Assembly (NCBI GenBank): GCA_965637545.1
Contig: OZ281496.1
Location: 24,552,001-24,616,000 of the forward strand
Source of the DNA: Phallusia mammillata
Taxonomy: Eukaryota
Reading direction: 5' to 3'
DNA length: 64,000 bases
Part shown: positions 48,201-61,809 of the stretch, piece after piece
How the letters are laid out: the number at the start of each line of letters is the position of its first letter
Numbering within the stretch: position 1 is the first letter of the stretch
The notes under the pieces: model-generated
What the model saw: only the letters and a program-made list of their open reading frames with translations
Told to the model about the DNA's origin: nothing
Database searches by the model: none
Made by a program: the position numbers and the translations under genes

Positions 48201-51200
48201 GCTAGTCTTGTATACACAGTGTTGCCTAAAACAATCGCCGGCAAAGCGCTAAGCACAATTGAACATGTTTAACATGCAACAAAACAAATGTGTGGAATAG
48301 ATTGTGCAGCATACTTTGAGTTTGTATACACAATTAAGACCCATTTTTACTCATTGGTGTTTATATGTTTAACACGTAAAACATAAAATACGCGTGGCGC
48401 AAAATGGATCTCAACCGACCAATAATTTTTTGCCCGTCAAAAAACCATGGAATAAGTGATGGAGCGACCAACGGTAGCGTATTAATTGACGATTGCTCCA
48501 ACAACGGCGGCGTGGTTTGACCTTTTCATTTCGCGTAGGTGAACCAAGGGTTTGATCCCACGACTTCTAGCGCAGCCACGATTAACGGTACGTGACAAGC
48601 TCTTCGAGGCAGCATCGACTTCTCGACGCTCGCTTATTCGCGATCACAAAGCGTGGCGGGGTAAAAATCTGCGATGACTGAAAGCGTTAACGCCACTCGT
48701 CCTAAAAGTAACTGCGTTGATTGCGATGATATCTTATTACCGGGCTGCGCGTGGGGTCCCAAGTCGGAACAGGAGAACGTTGTAGTCGCTCAAATCCTGC
48801 GTAAACATTTGTTTTTGGCAAGTCGCTGTCAGCGGCGTTGGAACAATGTCACGGACCGCGACATCGCGACCATCCGTTTATATATATATGTCAACGACAA
48901 CCTTAAAACGTTGCACGCTGAGAGACGCATTTGCCAAGCGTATTTCGTTTTAAAATCTGAGCACAGTGCAAAATACTGTTGACGTCATGTGGTAAACTCA
49001 GCACAGATAAAGTTTATTTATTCATAGCAATTTGAGGTCGAATTTTGTTGAGGTGATGTAAAAAGTAGAGATGTAGTTAATTTATATTTGCAATTTTGTG
49101 CTTCAAATCAGTGCCAAAATGTGAGGAACGTTTTCAGATTTGAAAAAATCGCTTTATCAATACATTAAATCACGTTAGCGAACACTTTTTCTGATGAAGA
49201 AGAAATTCGTATTTTGCGCAATGTGCTGTTGGTCGCTCATAGCAAAATGGCAACATTTTTACGTCGGCAGAAGAACCCCGCGCAGCGCCTTGCCTAGGCG
49301 TCGGTGTTAAATCATAAGCCAGATCAGGCAAAATTCGACGGGGCAATTCCGCTAATTCGTCAACTATTCACTATTTCCCCATTTAAGATTGACAAGCAAA
49401 AAGTGGCGTTTATCTCGCCAGGACGGGCGCGGTAGATTCTCGGCTCATATTCGCACGGTCTTGGTGACCGCGAAACTATGGTTCCCGAGTCGTGCACCAA
49501 TTAAAGCCTCGACATATGGCCGCATCGAGGCACAGTCTTTCGCTCATTAGATAACATGAAGTGAAAAAGTATAAGCGCCTCGACCGCCAGTTGAACCTTC
49601 CACTGCGACCAAACCTCCTTTTTGGAGGAAGAGTTGCACATACACCAGCAACAAAATGTGTTTACGTGTTATTTCTGTCCGACATTTAGGTACTTTTGCA
49701 CTTAGATCAGATGTATTGCCGAAATAATAACAAATCGACCGTGCTATATCGAAGGCAGTAACGCATTCGGGTTAACTGGCAATGCCGCATCTATAACTTA
49801 ACCGAAATCAATAAAACGCTTGCCTTGGACAGCTTTACAAAATACAAGTGAGTCCAGAAAAAATGGTAGTCGCGTGATTATGATTGACAGAAAATTTGAG
49901 ACCGGTATGGAATCAACACAGTTGAAGCTCCCTCGACTACCTGGGTGAGTCTGATGTACATTAAAAACTCGAGTCATATTCGCGAATGTCAGCTTCGGCC
50001 GTTGAAAAACCGCAATCGATTCGGTGCCAAAAAACCCATTGCCGAAACTTAATGCGTATCCGGTCCTGGAAAAAACGTTTCCGCGAGCTAGAACGAATAG
50101 AACGCATGTTTCAAACCGGTTTGAAATTTCGGAAGTATAAGTCAAAGCATAAACGTTCTGTCGTGTGGCGTCATTCGGCGCATACGCGTGCCTAGTAATC
50201 CTTAGCCTGCAAACTATCGACTAATCGGATTTTAAACCCCGGAGTTGGGTCGCCACACACCCACACAGAGTTTATTTGTTTAGCCGTTTGAATGGGGCGA
50301 TTGGAAGAGCAGCGTTTCCATTTGCGAACCGGGGGTCGGCCACTCGTGTGTATTCCTTTGCCAAGTTAGTAATCATGCGCTCGAACGCCACCCCTGTTCT
50401 CGAAGTGCCTTGTCGAGTTAACACACACACAAACGCGGATTCTAGCGTGAACGACAGCGCGACCAGGCACCGACAATCCCCGTTGCCGTACTCCGTGACC
50501 CGGGACCCTTTAATTCGGTCCCAGAAGCGGGCAACTTTAAAAGCAACGCCACAATATTTCGCGCTTGAATCGTACACAAAAACGTCGCGAGTCGGTACGT
50601 TGTTTCTGATGGACGACGGTGAGCAGGGAGATGAATTAATCGCAGTGAGGACGGTGGTGTCTTTGAAAGGCACGCGATGCTGGGTGGGCAGCCCTGATAT
50701 TTTTGCAGTGGTCATGTGGCTGATAGTAATAACCAAGTGCAGTTGATATGATATTTGCAAAGTGTTCTGGTAGCTGGACAGATGTTAGGTTTTGTTGGTA
50801 TGTCTTGTATTTAGTGACTACCTGTAGTTTAAATTATACCATAGCTATTGAATGTTGTAATATTGATGTTTATTGCTATTCTATTCTGTTGTCAATGAAT
50901 ATTATAAAAAATGAAAATGATCATATCCTATAAATAATACGTAACTACTATGTCCAACAACACATTAAACTACATAAAATGCTTAACTTGAGCAAAAAGT
51001 AATAATCGTTACAATAAAACTTTAAAATAAGTTAAAAGTATATACCATACAACAACTAAGAAGAGTGGTTCATATGCTTATGTAAAAATCGTTGATGAGT
51101 TGTGCATGTAAAAAACAAAACAACATGCAGGAGCTATCAAAAGAATCACATGTATGCAAGTGTAAATATATATGACAGAATATATCTATGACCCATTTTG

Positions 51201-51454
51201 CTGCTATATACAGTGAAACTTAACAGTTGTTATTATTTGCTACAACTTCCCTTATTATAATACACAGTTTTTAACACAATGTACCAGCAATCGACTAACT
51301 AAAGAAAAAATGTATTATCTTTAGTTGCTGAACAATAGATGTTTGTAAAAACTTACAACCTTTTGCAAGTAACATACTATATTGATTTCAGACAATCCGT
51401 TACCATACATGACTCATAATCTATTGTTATAATCTGTATATTGTTAACATTGCA

Positions 51455-53272
51455 ATGGAATATGAACATCGACCTCCGATTCCAGGCCCAACAGATCCCT
51501 ATCGACAAGCCTATAGTAAACTGCCTTACGATGAACGCAGTGCTTATGGTTCTGAGTATTTCGGCCATATTGGACAACACTACCACGCTATTGCAGAAAA
51601 TCATAGCGTACCTGTTCACAACAGTCTTCCTTCAACCCTCAACCAAAGCCGAAACCGATCACCAAGCTACAACCATCAGTTTCAAATGATTGAAAGTCAC
51701 AGCTATGAAAGTTATCCACATGTTGAAAGCAGAAATTACAACCCATCAACAGGCAGCTCTGCCTCAGAAATAGGTGAACACCATGGAACTTATCAGTGCC
51801 AACCTGCAGTGACTGCGCGCCAATCCAACTCGCGCCTATCAGCTGATTCCTGCGAATCGCCACATATTGCCACAAGCAACCACAACAACAACATAGAAAT
51901 CAACAGTTGTAGCACAGTTTCGGTTGATAATTCACCAACTTCGGGGTATCAACAACCGGTTGGTCATTTAGGTACAATGTCACAGCGACAAGATGGTAAT
52001 GATAATCCTTATATTATACGTAATGGCTACCATTCATCACCACCAAACCAAGCAAACCATACACATCAATTTGTCAACGGCATTGGTACTGTCAATGGAA
52101 AAGAATACGAAAATGTACAGACAAATGAACCAACGTTAACAGAAGACAGACAAAGTGCATTTAGTCATCCTTGTAAAGAACAAAGTAAGCCTTTGGCACT
52201 GGACGTTAAACCCAAACGCCCATTGGGACCGAATGAAGCCAGTAGCAAGGCAAATGGAAAAGTACCCATAGCCAAAAAATCTAAAGATCCAAAAACTGGA
52301 AAAACTGCTCCAACATTCAAGTCGGTTAAGCTCAATGAATCTACAGATTCATGTCCTAAAGGAAAACCTGTGTCTGAGGTAAACAAACAGACTGTAAACG
52401 CAAACAGTAATAATAACAGTAGCATAGTTTCAAAGCCGTGCAATAATACCACAATAAAGATTGCGGACAAGGAAGACAAAAATCGTACCCAGAAACCTCC
52501 TTACAGCTATGTTGCATTGATCGCGATGGCCATTCGGGATTCGCAAGACAAAAAGCTTACCTTGTCTGGAATTTATCAGTATATCGTTGAGAAGTTTCCG
52601 TTTTACGAGAAGAATCGGAAGGGCTGGCAAAACAGCATTAGGCACAATCTCAGTCTAAACGAGTGTTTCATTAAGGTTCCACGCGAGGGAGGCGGAGAGC
52701 GTAAGGGAAATTTTTGGATGCTTGACCCAAGTTGCGAAGACATGTTCGAAAATGGCAACTACAGACGGCGTCGGCGTATGAAAAGGCCGTACCGACCGAC
52801 GCCAGGGTCCGCAAGCTCCCTCCTCGACCCTTCGCGCGCAATGCTGGGATTAGTTGATAGTGTGTATAATTCTTATCCTGGGTTCGGTGTTCATCACCAC
52901 GCAAAATATCATCTTGGTCCATACAGTGCGTACAATGCAAATTGGCATACTGGCTCTGCTCATGGATCAACAGCTGTTGGAAGTTACACATCCTGCCAGA
53001 GTCCTGGCACTTTGGAAGCGCACAGGGCTCACCATCAAGGCTATTATACTGCAACCCCGGGAATGATCAGCACCGGTTACGGCAGTGCGATTAACGGAGC
53101 TCAGTCTGCACATCAGATCGGGCTAAATTCAAGACATTCGGCCGGACTTGGGTATCACTATTCCTCGCATGGGGGTTATGATTCGTCTGGAGTCGCGCAA
53201 TGCGCTGTGCCTTGCTCCACAGCCGGGGGGCACATGGGATTTCACGGGGCTGCCATGCACCCGACGTATTAA
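51455..53272 (+). CDS. foxl2: Forkhead box L2 transcription factor, single coding exon, 605 aa
   Basis: The forkhead domain [101 protein letters not shown] carries FoxL2-diagnostic segments ([12 protein letters not shown]; [19 protein letters not shown]). An in-frame TGA lies upstream of the ATG. Confidence 0.97.
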   Translation: MEYEHRPPIPGPTDPYRQAYSKLPYDERSAYGSEYFGHIGQHYHAIAENHSVPVHNSLPSTLNQSRNRSPSYNHQFQMIESHSYESYPHVESRNYNPSTGSSASEIGEHHGTYQCQPAVTARQSNSRLSADSCESPHIATSNHNNNIEINSCSTVSVDNSPTSGYQQPVGHLGTMSQRQDGNDNPYIIRNGYHSSPPNQANHTHQFVNGIGTVNGKEYENVQTNEPTLTEDRQSAFSHPCKEQSKPLALDVKPKRPLGPNEASSKANGKVPIAKKSKDPKTGKTAPTFKSVKLNESTDSCPKGKPVSEVNKQTVNANSNNNSSIVSKPCNNTTIKIADKEDKNRTQKPPYSYVALIAMAIRDSQDKKLTLSGIYQYIVEKFPFYEKNRKGWQNSIRHNLSLNECFIKVPREGGGERKGNFWMLDPSCEDMFENGNYRRRRRMKRPYRPTPGSASSLLDPSRAMLGLVDSVYNSYPGFGVHHHAKYHLGPYSAYNANWHTGSAHGSTAVGSYTSCQSPGTLEAHRAHHQGYYTATPGMISTGYGSAINGAQSAHQIGLNSRHSAGLGYHYSSHGGYDSSGVAQCAVPCSTAGGHMGFHGAAMHPTY

Positions 53273-56200
53273 TTTTCATTCTTTTGTATTTTTTAATATT
53301 TGTACTTGATATTATTTGACGACCTTTTTACACAAAAGTGCGCCAGAGTATTTGTACCTTTTTGTAAAGGAGCACGGATTTTTACATAGGTGTTCGTATT
53401 TGTGGAACGCCTTTAGATATGATTATACTAATTAGTTTTTCGTGGTGACACACTTTGTATTCCTGAACGCTGGCTCTTTGCCATCATTCTTTTCACCGGC
53501 CTGTAATTTGCTACAGGTCAAGAGGGTAAAATTACGAAAAAAACGCTATTCCGAATTTTTTTTGTCTTGCCAGAACCACACACAAGCCTCTTTTAATTCA
53601 GCAGTGTTTTCCCAGTAGGGATCTGCTGTTCAAACAAACTTCAAGCCTTTGGCATCTACACCGTCCAACGTCGCCAAACTGGCAAGGCTATTTCCACGTT
53701 TACTCTTATCTTTGTATGCCCCCTTGGCCTTATTTCCGGGCTTTGCTTCACTCTTAGGCGATCCAACATTGACATTGGCATTGACCCGGCCTTCTGTTTT
53801 CTGCTTGTCCAAGTAAGACAGCTAAGCCGTTGTTGTTTTTCTTAATTCGGCGAAACAAGCGCGCTTTTAACAGAACTCCATCACCAGCACAGACATTTTG
53901 CAACTGTGTTCTTTTTTATTGTCAATAAAGCACTTGCTACAAATGTAGCTGTTGTCATGGCCCAGATCCAATGGTCGCTTTATCGCTCTCTTCACTGGTA
54001 CTTCAAACGTTCAAGGTCATATTTGTCCTGATGCTCAAGGGCAAAACCTATGAGCCCTGTACCGGGCCGCAGGGAATGGACCTTTTGACCGTGCCTATAT
54101 CCCGTATAAATAATGTTCCCGCCGCTAAAAGTTCCATTCGTTCACATGTGTCCAAAATACGTCTGCTGCTGTTGTATTTTTTCTTCTTTTCATAGTAGCT
54201 ATTGTTACGTCTTGTTCCTTAATCATACCCGGTTTTAAGGTGAATTTATGTTCAAACGGTTAGACATTAGATTTGAAAGACACTGTATTCTTTCTTCTTT
54301 GTTATCGCTTCCCCGCAATAAGTATTTTAGATCACTAACCGATCGGCTGCTAACGAGGTCTAATAAAAGGATTTTGTTTTAGCACAACATGAAATGTCAT
54401 TTTTTCTTTGCCAAACGTTTCTGTTTAAGTTCTCGTTGTCTTTTATGATGTTTTGTTTTGTCGCTTTTAGTCGGTCAAGTGCTGAGGCAGGACCCACACG
54501 TCTGTCGATAAATAAATGATGTTTACAGAAAATTTTGTCCACAAAAATAGAGAAGGAAATGTTTTCAATAAATCCTCAAACATGTTTGCATGATTTAAAT
54601 TAGCCTGCCGTACCCGCTGAATATCAAGTAGTACATTTTTCAAGAAGTTATGCTTCATAACAAAGACAATTGGATTGACTGGAAACGTTGTATAACTATA
54701 GGCATAAAAGGGAAATTGAATTTTGATTTTGTCAAACAACTCTTACTAGATGAGCTTTATCCGTTTTTAATGAGCTTTGCCCTCTAGTCCATTATCCCTG
54801 CAAGGTCACCTAATTTCGGGTGCAAACCGGAACCTCTTGAGCAAGCAAAAGGTCGTGTTTAAAAAACACTGACCGCAAATTGGAGTTTGGCAAAAATGAC
54901 TCATTTGCTGCGAAAATGACAACATCCACTCACACGATGGTTGAAACACAAGTGCCGGCAAAATTTGTCACTCATTTTGCTCAGGAACGGTCGATTGTGC
55001 AGATTAATGGATGTAGGAAGCATATTTAGCGGTCATGACAAAAACTAACCCTGTATAAGTTTTGTGAGCTTAGTCTTTGGGTTTCTAACCAGGCTAGCGT
55101 ATAAACCTTTAATAATACGAGACCTTTTCCTATGAGGGTGCGACGATGCTAAACATTAGGTTTAGAAACAACACATTTCGGGAATAATAAAAATGGAGGC
55201 AAAACAATTGATGGAGACATGAAATCGGTTAAAATAGTGACTTATGCGTTTGATAACAGACCATCATCTTTAATTAAAAAAAAACACCAATGGTTAGGTC
55301 CATGATTGGCGCATAGCGTAACTCTTATTACCCAACTCCCATATTCGTACAAGAAGACTGACGTTTATGGATTTCGGTGTGGATTTTTGTGGGCAACTTA
55401 AGAGTCTCAGGGCTGCGCGCCCGTAGGTGTCAAACCGCGGGGTAGCTAGCGGTCAAGTGGCATTCTGTTGGCAAACACTGCAATCTGGTGTCACCCTACA
55501 GTCGCTGTAAAGTACAGAGAATTCTAGGCGGCCAGATCGCGCGTGTGGCCTTGTTAGTTGCGTCCCTGCGACAGGAAACGGAATGAAAGTAACATGAAAC
55601 CGACCCCTTGCATTGCGGAACGTCTATTAGCTGCGGTTTTGAAAAGCTAGGTTTTTGGGAATCCAACTCTGCATTGTGGGCAAGTTATGCTATAAATAAC
55701 ACCTTGGTTAAGCGTTAAACGGTATAGTTTCAGATAATTTAGTAATAAATATACATTAGCATAAATTAAATAAGACAGAGTAAAATGCCTTGTGTGGACA
55801 TATTTATGTTTCAGATTATCTGTGAAATTTCGTTGGCGTTTCGAAAGGGAACTTTTTTTAAAACGCACCCAAACTCCTAAGAAGCAAAGAATAAAATTAG
55901 CAGACGGAAAGCTGTTTTTTATGTGCTTAATCAATAAACCAGTTATACCTCAGAAAAACTAACATTTACCATAGTATGCCCTTGAAATGTTACTACCCAA
56001 AGTCATAGGACTTCAACAGGAGTCTACGCGACTACAGACTCACTACGCTTCCAATCAAACAAACAATTGTAGCGGTGTGGTTTAACCATTGCCAGGCATC
56101 CAATTACGCTGGTGTGGTCAAAACTGACGCTAAGGAGTAGATTCGATTCCCGAGAAGTCTGACATCGGCGCTTGTGTTTGCATGGCAACAACGGGTCACG

Positions 56201-57111
56201 ACTCCCAAGGTCACCTGACACCGGGTTTAAGCGTTTAGAACACGGTTTATGCGATTACGGCGCGGCACCGAGCATATGACGTCAGCGGTTGCGCTGTTTA
56301 CGCGAAATAAAGAAATTGTGTAAGGGTAATAATTTTTGGGCTTTTGAAGAAATTTTGATGTGAACGTTTTGCTTAACATTTGTTGTATACATTGACACGT
56401 AAACATGAATTCAAGTGTATTGTATGATCTGGCTTTTTGGATTTTCCCAAGAAGAACAGAAAATCGACGTTTGTGTGTAACATAATTTATTAGCATACTT
56501 CTAACATATCAAAGATAGATCAAACATTGTTCAAATAAAAAATCAATTTAACAAATAAAAGGATGGGTTTATATTTTTTCTGATATGTTACATTACCATT
56601 AAATTACCATTTTTGTTTAAACACTTCAATCTTTCGAAACCCCACCTGCTGCTGTGAATAGGGACAAGCCTTAAAAACGTTGTTTGTTGATATTGCGGTC
56701 ACTGCGTATGACCAATGGTCAAATGTCCACAGACTTGGTTGACCGGAAATTTGCGTCTCGTAAAACAGATTGTGTTGTGGATATCAGAAATGAAGTTGTA
56801 TGTGTTTTTGTATTTGAGGCAGTTGCACTTAAAACTATTGCAAGATTCCTTACAACTGTAATTATAAAAAATTATCAAAGTGATAAAATATGGACTTTAT
56901 TTGCTCAAATAGCCTAGGTAAAAACTATATTGTAGATGTTACTTGTTTTTGCTAATTTGATTTTGGGATTTTGTATTTGATTGAAATTTACTATTTTTGT
57001 CAGTATTTTTAGAGAATAAAAACAAACATCGTTGAGGTAAATATATATTTCCGAAGCAGTGCGGCGCAGATAAACGACAGTATAACAAAACAACAACAAG
57101 AAAAACACTGC

Positions 57112-58436
57112 CTAATCAGTTTCCCAACTTGAAAACGACGCTGGTGAAAACGAAGTTTCATTGGCCATGTGCGTAGCGACCTCTGGCGGATTTAACTCAT
57201 TACTGCAACCTGGTGTTGGGTGGAAAATAAAGCCCTGAGACTGGGCCATGTAAGGTGCTGGTTGCGATGAAATTTGTGGAAGATAAGTGGACGAGCAGGG
57301 GTATGTGAAATTATCATATACAGCAGGGTGTTGTGGATAGGGGTGTCTTTGTTTTTCTTGGCATTTCGATTTTGATGAATTGGTATGGCGTGTAATTTCC
57401 TCTTGAATACGGGTCTACAAAAACATATGAATAAATTGGTTTATAGATGTTATATTAGTGCTTTGTTTTTATAATGCATAGGATTATTAATTTGTACTTA
57501 CCCAGTCTATTTTTCTGCGCTTAATTGTAACGATATCGGGATCAACCTTAAATTCGTCTGCAGAACGCTTTCTTGACTCACTTTCGCCGTCTTGTTGTGG
57601 GCTAAGCGAGGACATACTGTCATTGACTTCAGCTAAGGCATTGCATGAATCCTGAAATTTAAGGAACAATTTTGCAATAACACCGAACAGTTTTTCAATC
57701 TAACAATTAGCTGTAGTATCACATGTGTACAAAGTACCAAAATGACGAAGATATTTGCTATTTTATTTACCTGCGTGTCGTTTGCCTCTTCCAGTACTTG
57801 ATTTAAATGTCTGATATAGTCAGCTGCCAGGCGAAGGACTTTAATCTTCGATACTTTTGTGTCCGCTGGAAGATTTGGAATCTTTCCTCTGAGATCTTCA
57901 AACGCTTTGTTGATGTTCAAATTGCGTTCGCGCTTGCGCAAATTGGTCCTGATTCGGCTTTGACAATTAGAACCGGAGGCTGGAAACTGGTTTGCAGACA
58001 TCGCAAAGTGTTCAAGCATTGAAAAACCTTCACAATCTTCAGTGCCTGGCCCATATGAACCATTGCTATATCCCTCGGGTTGGTAATGACCGGGCAAGCC
58101 CATATTCCCAGATACAGGTTTCTCTTGGATATAGGCTTCAGTGTCGCTGTAAGAGTAGAGGCTCCTGAAGTCGTTAAAAGTAGCGTAGCCTGCGCTTAAA
58201 GACGTGGAAGTTGCCAATCCTGCGTTGCCCGTTGTCGGAGGCTTGCATACGATAGGTTCAGAAGAATTGTTACCAGCGCATATGCCGTATGGGAGGTCTT
58301 TATAAACTGCTTGACTTTGTTGTGGGTCTGATGCATGCGTGTTGGAGTAACCAACGGCATTATCCATCCAGTTTTGAGTGTTGCCTTCGCAAGTCATAGG
58401 CGGATTTTCTACTGCGTTTAATACCGTAGGTGTCAT
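57112..58436 (-). CDS. Hand-like (Twist-family) bHLH transcription factor, about 372 aa, 3 coding exons
   Basis: Exons 57771-58436 (bHLH RIRTNLRKRERNLNINKAFEDLRGKIPNLPADTKVSKIKVLRLAADYIRHL), 57502-57651 (donor GTAAGT) and 57112-57414 (P/S/Q/Y-rich, stop TAG), all phase 0. The loop IPNLPADTKVSKIK matches HAND-type IPNVPADTKLSKIK. Exact orthology (Hand versus Hand-related) cannot be settled by eye. Confidence 0.88.
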
Positions 58437-61400
58437 ACTGATACAATTATTATTGAGAATTTTTTTCTGCAGGATACTAAACAAAAACATACGTTTTAGG
58501 TGAAAATATTAGGCATTGATCAAATAAAAAAAACGACAAAACGTTTTTTTTAGTTAAAATTGTTTCATTTGCTTTCAGTACTAAGACTCTTCTGTGTAAA
58601 AGCTTTTATTGAGGCTATTCGCTAAGTAAAGAATACTGAATAAAAACTATAGATGACACAGCTAATAATTTATATTTGTAAGGTGATCTAGTTTTAATAA
58701 GAATCTCTTTATCAACTTATAATCTGCTATGTATTATTAACATGTAATTTTTACCCATGCGTTATAATATGGCCTATCATTTTTTCCTTGCAGAACGGCG
58801 ACTTAAACAAGTACTGATATGCCCATAACTGCCACATAAAAAATTCACTGACATAAAATTCTTCCTCATCTTATTCAAAACTTCATCTACCTGAACCGCT
58901 TGGTTATAGAATGAATCTACGAACAATTTGTTTCGAGAACAAGATGCAACTCGAGTGATGACACCTAATCAAGTTTTGTCGGCGTCGCTATTTAAACGCT
59001 CCTTGACCTAACTTTCTTGTCGGCGACGAGAAAGAGAAACAAAAGCGAGTCGCAAAAAAATCAACTGTAGCCACTAATTAATCCCCGAGCGAAAATGCTT
59101 TGCCAAACGTAAGGCGCACTATTTGCATTGGCCTAATCCACTGTTGGTCAAATGCATTATCCGCGTTGTGCAAATAAGCACCAGACGGGAACATCGATGG
59201 ACAAGTGCTCGACAAGGTGCACATCGGGACAAGGCAAACACCAGCAACGAAAACTTGCTATGCTTGGCATCTGCACCTTTGCTTATACTGTATAGATTTT
59301 GTCTGCTGTATAGCAGTATCAATTGTTATTCAGTCCAGACGTACATTTCAGTGATACTATTGCCCGTCTATAGATTTATTTGCTCATTTGGTGCGTGTTT
59401 AGGCAGTGCGACATTTCAGGAAAAATTTAAGCAAGTACCAAATACATAATATTAACTTAATCTTTAAACATGGACACTTAACTCACAATTTAAAATAAAC
59501 TTTAACATAAAATGATGAGCAAAAGCTTAGCCTACTTTTACCGATTAAAAATATGCATTAAATATCCAAACATGTGGCGAACATTTTGTATGTCAAAATT
59601 GGTGTCAAACTTTTAGGTCCTAGCTAAAAAAAATTTAATTTTTTAAATTTTTAAAAGTAACCTACATAATTTTTGCGTAAAAGTCAAATGTGTAAATCTA
59701 ATTAATTTAGCCGAAAGGAACTGCGTAATTGAATACGGAACTTCTGGACAAGTTTACGATGAGGACGTCCGTAGTTTAGCATGATAAGAACCTCGTTAGA
59801 TCGGACGTCGTTCCTTTGCCCCACTTATCACCTAGTAAGGTAGACGTTCTATACGGGATACGACCATCAACCGGGACTAAACCAACATTTTGGCCCAGTT
59901 AACATAATTAAACCGGCGCTAAAAGCTGTGAAACTATTGAAAATGATGTTTTGTACCGCCGTATATGGTTTTGCACATACAATATATTTTAAGCTCGTTT
60001 ACAAGAAATTGAGCTGGAACTAAATTTGTTTATTTAAGTGGTATTCTTTGCTGGACAAAACCGAAATATTCGGATAAATAACTGAAGATTGAAGTCATTT
60101 GGTAAGCAGGGAGTAGCTATGGATATGCACTGTTAGAGAAAAAACAAACTTCTAAGTATACCACCGTTCAATGGTTTACCACCGTGTCAGTACTGCTTTT
60201 CACTGCAATGCGCAACAGAACGAACAATTTCTCTTCTATTATTTTTCCGATCTTTAACTGTTGGTTTTACGGCAAGAGACTCGTGGCAGAGGCAACGGAA
60301 AGTGACCCAGTTGGGTTACATTTGCAAGTGATAAAACCGGATTATGGGTAATGATAACACTAACAGTTCGCTGGTCAATGGACGCGTGCTGAGCGGCTTG
60401 TGCCCATCGTTGATCGCCAGGTCTCATGATTAGTACAAATCTTTGGCCTCTGCTTTCTCCTAATAGCCATTGTTTTTGTTTACCACCAAATGACATAACA
60501 CAAGCTTAAACAATTTTTGTGACAATATTCACAAAGCCCTCAATAGTGACCAAAGTATTGGGAGTAATGTGAATGTCTGTGCCATAATTTGGTCAAAATG
60601 GAAGTTTCTCACGGCTACCTTAATTAAATTGAGCTCCAAAACAGGTTGCAAATAGATACTGTTGACAATTGGCGCATCGAAAAAAGCTGTGAAATAAGCA
60701 AATTCCCACATATGGTTAATTAAGTAGCTGAACAAATCTGCCAGAATTTAATCAAAGCATTGCAGAAGAGCGTCCAATTGATTTTTTAATATATACAGCT
60801 TTCGGACAGTTCGTGGTTTACCCTAGGTCGAAACAATTGAACAAAAACAGATTGAATATACTTGAAACAAAACAGGTAACTCAACAGCCGACCCAGTGTG
60901 AGTATAACGCATTCAGGCGTCGCCCGCACACTAAGAAACGAAAAACCCTAAATCAAAACGTTTGGCATCACCTACCATTCTTGAGCCGTGTAAATCATTA
61001 ATATACATGTACAACGGTAGAAAAATGCTTTGTCACGCCAGTTAACATTTTCTTGTTAAAAATTCGTGTTACAATATTACCAAGTTTAGGTTGTGATACT
61101 AAAAAGTCCAAATAAAATAAAATTATTACAAAAACTTGGTAAAGGTAGCAACTTTGTTTTACGAGTATACCTTATGCTATTATCTGGTCCCCAAAACATT
61201 TGAGGCACAAAATTTAGTTTTAAAATTACAATAAGATTAAGAACCACTGTAATACTGATACTATAAGTTGAGCTTTCAGTAGTGATTTTTGTTTGGATTC
61301 TTTTGTTTTAAGATTTTGTTTGACTAACTCATTTGTCTGATCTTTCCTCAATGGAAAAAGAGTGGATGCTAACGGCTTAACACCCCTCATATAATCACTT

Positions 61401-61809
61401 GTAAAGAAACTTTAATAAATCAAACAGTTTGGAAGTAAATTAATACGAAAGCAAAGAATGCTTGTTAGTTTCTATGCTTCTTTCTTTGAGACGGTTTGGA
61501 TTCGAGTAGGAATTTTTATGTGAAAAATTCCCGTCATGTTCGAAAGTGGCGTGATCTTCATTTCTCCCATTGTTTTGTTTAACTTGCACCATACCGTTAT
61601 CGGTAATAATTAGTTCCGCCATGAAAACAGCCATATATGGACCAGTTCCTCCGTCGAAGAGACATGTTTCAAACAAACTTTGAGGTGACTGTGGGTATTA
61701 CTTCCTATTGACCTTTGGCGCTTACTCCTATGGCGCGTTTAATATTTGCTCGCGTGGCGCAAGTTTTGCTTGAGGGTCATCGAAAAAGCAAGACGTTGCG
61801 GAACCGGCA

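Noticed and set aside
58437-58490. ORF-track N-terminal extension MFLFSILQKKILNNNCIS of the bHLH ORF
   Set aside because: It runs through a polypyrimidine/CAG acceptor at 58467-58468, so the upstream ATG is probably intronic; ATG 58436 was taken as the start.
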